From contig CBFFRP010000476.1 in assembly GCA_965644295.1 (NCBI GenBank), positions 1-23,202 of the forward strand: a DNA stretch of 23,202 nucleotides, written 5' to 3'. The notes under the pieces were generated by a model. That model worked only from the letters and a program-made list of their open reading frames with translations. It searched no databases and had not been told where the DNA came from. The position numbers were made by a program, and so were the translations under genes. This stretch comes from Paraphysomonas bandaiensis (taxonomy: Eukaryota; Protista; Chrysophyceae). How positions within the stretch are numbered: position 1 is the first letter of the stretch; the number at the start of each line of letters is the position of its first letter. Of the stretch, positions 19,301 to 23,202 are shown piece after piece.

Positions 19301-20342
19301 TGATGAATGGCTTCGTAGCCTTGGGAGCAACAACCAAGCAAGACGCCCATGGTGATCTACTCTTCTCGTACATGTATCCGCGCAGTCTCAAAAATTCCTT
19401 TTCTGCCGCCTCCCAGAGTCTTGGGTTTATGGGTCTGGCTTTTGGTTTGATTCGCTGAGGTAAAGTGTCTTTGAAGGTGAGTTTTAATGGTTCAACACCT
19501 CTGATGCCAGTCCATGTCTCTGGTACAAAAACTTTCAAACCTTCATTTAGTAACAGTTCTCGAACAGGTGTTGCTTTGTCAAAATCTTCAGCTATATGCT
19601 CGGGCATCAAATCCTTGAATTCCTGAATGGCTTCTTCTCTGCTTTTTCCCAAAAACTTGATCACCTCACCAAACTGCACTGGCAACGGAGACATTTCTTC
19701 TTCCGGTGGCTTTCCCTCCATACTATTTGACCAGGGATGGACTATGTTGTCCATGGATGCCAAGAACTGCAACATCTCCTCCTCCGCATCTGCCACGCTC
19801 GTTTTAATCTTTCTTTCTGAATTGCCTTTTAAACTATAGCAAAAGAAGTCCCACAAGTCCCCTAGTATCGCAGGTAACCCAATTATGACCTCATTATCTT
19901 TCATGTCCAACACAATAAAATCTCCAGAGTATTTGCATGAAACCGCGCGCAGTGAACGATCCTCGAACTTCAAGGTAAGTCTCACCATGATGTCACTCCA
20001 TGCCACTGTCTTATTGTCTGCTAATCCGACTTTTGTTCTCTTGTGTATTATGTCCTTAGTATGCATGTGTTTCTCGATATCTCTAAACTTCCTTATGCTG
20101 ATGTAGTTCGAACAGAGGGCTCCCGTGTCGAACAGTACTGATGTCTCTACGTCTCTTCTCATTTCCATATTCTCTCTATCTACTACTTCAATCCTCGCTT
20201 TAGTGTGTGCGGCAGTCCATAGTCTCCTGCCTATGCCGCACGCCTGCAGGAAACTTCGCTCCAGGGCCTTTCTGCAAGCCTTCCTGCTGTGTGAGCTTAT
20301 TATTTCACTGACAACAGGGGGCCCAGAAAGACCCTGCAGTAG
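16356..20342 (-). CDS. pol: E3 Pol (PR, RT, RNase H, integrase, chromodomain-like, C-terminal extension); one in-frame TGA at 17943-17945
   Basis: LFDTGA (PR); DIDLTNAFHQI, MPEG, VIFDN (RT); RTDAS, EQEG, TDHNNL, ADTLSR (RH); HNAH*QVGH...CANC, IDAL, SDLG, NGCER, KGPF (IN). ORFs 17943-20168 and 16356-17810 are in one frame, which is open from the gag stop. Confidence 0.93.
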
Positions 20343-20345
20343 TCA
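20262..20345 (-). promoter_or_regulatory. Candidate gag-pol stop-codon readthrough signal (UGA-CUA plus 3' stem-loop)
   Basis: TCT TGA CTA CTG, then CAGGGTCTTTCTG (20336-20324) pairing with CAGAAAGGCCCTG (20274-20262): 13 bp including one G:U, 49-nt loop. Confidence 0.75.
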
Positions 20346-21938
20346 AGATTTCGTTGGATCACGCTTCATTATCTTAGGAGGTCCCGGACCATCTCTTTCC
20401 ATCGTCGCCAACTTCTTCATCATCCACTGTCTGCAGTCCTTCGCACACTTCTCATTGTGACTTCCAGCATATTTGCACTGGTCTCCTCGAAAGCACTTCC
20501 CATACAAGGCGAAATTGACACATCCCAACCCAGTAGCAGATGCCTCTATGGCTTGTAGCCTTCTGTAGTCTGTGTCCTGATCTCTTGCTGTCTGGTGGTC
20601 CACTTTGTCCTCGTAGCGCTGATTCGTGTCATGACCTTCTGCAGTGCTCTTTGGGTCTTCCTCATAGTCAGAGTCATCATCTGAGTCTGGTTCTGCGTTT
20701 CTGGATTCCCGTAGCTCCTGATCTTCATCGTCACTGAAATCATTTATCTGGTGCAAAGGCTTAGCTTCCCCACTGGTCATCGGGTACGTTTTTGTCTCAT
20801 GTCCTTTGTACTTGTCTTCCTGTGAAGAGTGAGGCTTGTTCTTGCGCATGTCATGACTTTTCATACTATAGTCCTCACCACTGTATGGCACCAGTCTAAT
20901 ACGCTTCGACGTGTCATAGTGCTCCTTAGCCTTCTTAACATAAGCTTCCAGGAACTCTTCAACCTTGGAGTAGTTTCCTGCCTTGACCTTGGGTATTTCG
21001 GCCAAGACAGTCTTGTTGTAAGTATCATCAATCAAATTTAGGAATATTTGTGCTAAACCGAAGTCTTTGCCTTCCAGGTCTGGGCAATACTGGCTATTGT
21101 TCTCCATAATAATCCTGAAGGTCCTTAAGTATATGTCTCTACGCCTCAGAATGCCTTGGAAGAACCTCTCGTGAGTATTCGGTCTAACTCTTTCCCAGTT
21201 CAACCTTTTGATGTCTCTTAGGGCATGCCTTAACGTGTTGGAAAACTCGAGCTTGGACAGTACTTGAGTTTCTTTAGCCATCAGCTTGCAAAATTGTTCA
21301 GGTGAGAGTTCTTGAAACTGAGATTCCGTCATATCATTGTTGAAAATTAGTAGATTTCGAATGCTTTGGGAAACAATGAGGGCCGGCTCTAGTCTCACCC
21401 CATACTTGACCTGCCAGTCAAACCACTTGGTCACAAACTGAGCATAGTCCGCCAGGTCCATTGAATTTAGGAATATGTGCGAATGAGAGGGAGTAGGCAT
21501 TTGCACAACTACTTGCCTTCTCTCCGCCAGATGTGTAGTCTCCTCAACCTCTTTCATGAAAATAGTCTTGCGTTCTCTAGATGCGCTCGGGTGGGTAATT
21601 GCCCTGTCCTGCTGCTCCGTTAATTCTTTCTCTCCTTCCAGGATGGCTGTTCTAGCTTCCATAGTTTCCAGTCTGGCATTGATGTCTTCCAGCACAGTCT
21701 CCACTTTCTGATCGCTCTTTTGCTTTTCCTCTATCAAAGCATCCACTCGTTGGTCAACGTGCTCGAACCTTCCCAGCAATCCCTGGTTTATTTTTTGAAT
21801 TTCTTGCTGCAACTCTTGATTGTTCTTCTGCATCTCTTGTCTTGCCACTTGTGCATTCTGATGCAACGTCTGCTGTATCATTTGTTGTTGCTGTTGCATA
21901 AAAGATTGCAGCATTTCCTGAAGATTATTGTGTTCCAT
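20343..21938 (-). CDS. gag: E3 Gag (coiled-coil N-terminus, CCCH-type zinc finger near the C-terminus)
   Basis: 531-aa ORF between the 5' LTR and pol, with a Q/E-rich heptad-like N-terminus and CVNFALYGKCFRGDQCKYAGSH at 20457-20522. Confidence 0.88.
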   Translation of the reverse strand: MEHNNLQEMLQSFMQQQQQMIQQTLHQNAQVARQEMQKNNQELQQEIQKINQGLLGRFEHVDQRVDALIEEKQKSDQKVETVLEDINARLETMEARTAILEGEKELTEQQDRAITHPSASRERKTIFMKEVEETTHLAERRQVVVQMPTPSHSHIFLNSMDLADYAQFVTKWFDWQVKYGVRLEPALIVSQSIRNLLIFNNDMTESQFQELSPEQFCKLMAKETQVLSKLEFSNTLRHALRDIKRLNWERVRPNTHERFFQGILRRRDIYLRTFRIIMENNSQYCPDLEGKDFGLAQIFLNLIDDTYNKTVLAEIPKVKAGNYSKVEEFLEAYVKKAKEHYDTSKRIRLVPYSGEDYSMKSHDMRKNKPHSSQEDKYKGHETKTYPMTSGEAKPLHQINDFSDDEDQELRESRNAEPDSDDDSDYEEDPKSTAEGHDTNQRYEDKVDHQTARDQDTDYRRLQAIEASATGLGCVNFALYGKCFRGDQCKYAGSHNEKCAKDCRQWMMKKLATMERDGPGPPKIMKRDPTKS

Positions 21939-22051
21939 GTTAACGAATCCTCAGTATTGTGTAATAATAGATATTATATATATATATATATTTTTTTTTA
22001 TATCAATTCCAAATCTGCAGATTCGTTCGCTGCTTTCGGAAGTAAATTTAC

Positions 22052-22890
22052 TGTGACCAAACCCGGGGTATCACACCGGGTGCAGCTATGTATATGAAAT
22101 GAATGTGCGAATGTAACAAGAAAATAGCTAATGTAGAGATAAATGTGCTTATTACTCTGCCCTGCAACTGCCTGAGCACCCTCAAGCACTTATCTGAAGA
22201 CACCTCCTCAAACGTGTTAATAGGCAAGGCTAGTAACATAATAATGACAGCACATAGAACACAAACAACTCATACAGAACCATTTACATTCTATGAACTA
22301 TCTAGAAACACAGCAGAGAACAAAGAACAATATTCTGCAGAAAATTCAGCAACATTTCGCCAATTTTGTGGAGATATCCACCTTCTGGAAGATTCACGTA
22401 GAAGCCTATAGGAAGAGCCTTAAACCAGCTCAACAGCCACAGACCAAAAATGCAGTGACTAGCCAATCAGCGTTCAGCAGTAATACATAATACAGCAGCT
22501 GTATAGTGATAGTCCCTACATGTACCTATAACTGCATCATCGCGTACTTATGTACCTCGTGTCACACAACACACTCTGCAAACACATCACCACCAAGTAC
22601 AGTCCGCATTCCAGCACCGTTATACAGCATTCGAAGCATATACATATAGACAACACAGCCTGTATTCCATACAGTATACAAAACAGTATAACCCGAGTAC
22701 ACCAATCAGATCTCTCCATTGCTCATACAGCAAAAACAGCAGCACTTGTAATCCGAGAGTGAAGTGTGTCTTCATCCGAAGAAGATAAGATGCAGGCAGT
22801 ACATACACACACAGTCCTCTAGAGCCCCCCTTGTAGCATATTAACCTGGTCTTTTGTGGTATGTGATTAGTTTGACGCCTCGGCGTTACA
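22052..22890 (-). repeat. E3 5' LTR (839 bp)
   Basis: Direct repeat of 15490-16328, upstream of gag on the minus strand. Confidence 0.97.
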
Positions 22891-23173
22891 ATATAGAGAA
22901 GAAGAATGAGTAACACAGCTATACATCTCTACAGTGTATAACACACACATACACATACATCATGTTCAGCATTTCACTTCAACACACAACACACCCGATT
23001 AAAAGTATTTTATCCGGTATGTATGTACAGCTTCAACACTCTGAGAGTAGAAACTGAAAATAAAACTGAAAACTGAAAATACTAAAACACTCTGTACGTG
23101 TTAGAGAGTACAACAGAAGAGTAACATATCATACTACTAATATAACGCAGTAAGTAACCAGTACTGCGTGACA
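22891..23173 (-). repeat. E5 3' LTR, start
   Basis: The minus strand begins TGTCACG at 23173 directly after a PPT. 22895-23060 is homologous to ~13930-14103. Confidence 0.8.
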
Positions 23174-23191
23174 CTACCCTCTTTTCCCCCC
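23174..23191 (-). promoter_or_regulatory. E5 polypurine tract
   Basis: GGGGGGAAAAGAGGG-TAG followed by TG, the same layout as the E1 and E3 PPTs. Confidence 0.8.
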
Positions 23192-23202
23192 AGCTGAAGA
23201 AA

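Larger units (their letters stand above)
15490..22890 (-). mobile_element. E3: full-length Ty3/gypsy LTR retrotransposon, same clade as E1
   Basis: 839-bp LTRs with TG...CA ends, TSD ATAT (15486-15489 and 22891-22894), PPT, gag and PR-RT-RH-IN-chromo-like. Pol is collinear with E1 Pol. Confidence 0.97.

Noticed and set aside
17943-20345. Alternative genetic code (TGA=Trp) or selenocysteine explaining the in-frame TGAs
   Set aside because: Trp is encoded by TGG at the sites I read, and neither TGA sits where a Trp or Cys is expected. The integrase TGA lies in an insertion relative to E1.
21973-22003. (AT)n and T-run in the E3 leader
   Set aside because: An ordinary microsatellite and homopolymer with no evidence of function.
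1-23202. Assigning a host taxon, or calling the elements retroviruses
   Set aside because: There is no host gene and no env-like ORF (pol ends within ~200 bp of the PPT in E1-E3). The sequence supports only a eukaryotic host.

Overview
Eukaryotic DNA made entirely of nested Ty3/gypsy-type LTR retrotransposons; I see no host gene. Five elements can be resolved from LTR ends, target-site duplications (TSDs) and polypurine tracts (PPTs). E1 (+): pol 3' half at 1-2634 and 3' LTR at 12496-13523. E2 (-, 2637-12321): complete, 547-bp LTRs, TSD AAAG, inserted at the E1 pol stop codon. E3 (-, 15490-22890): complete, 839-bp LTRs, TSD ATAT. E4 (-): LTR starting at 15400, interrupted by E1. E5 (-): 3' LTR starting at 23173 after a PPT, hit by both E3 and E4. 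Main points of interest: (1) E2 Pol carries a full SET lysine-methyltransferase domain in frame between RNase H and integrase. (2) A second, divergent SET fragment lies antisense in the E4 LTR, and a PHD-like zinc-finger remnant lies in the E1 LTR. (3) E1 and E3 share an atypical RT catalytic motif, IFDN instead of YxDD, with all four codons differing synonymously. (4) E3 gag and pol are in frame, separated by UGA-CUA plus a 13-bp stem, which suggests programmed stop-codon readthrough. All domain calls are from motif reading by eye; no searches were run.
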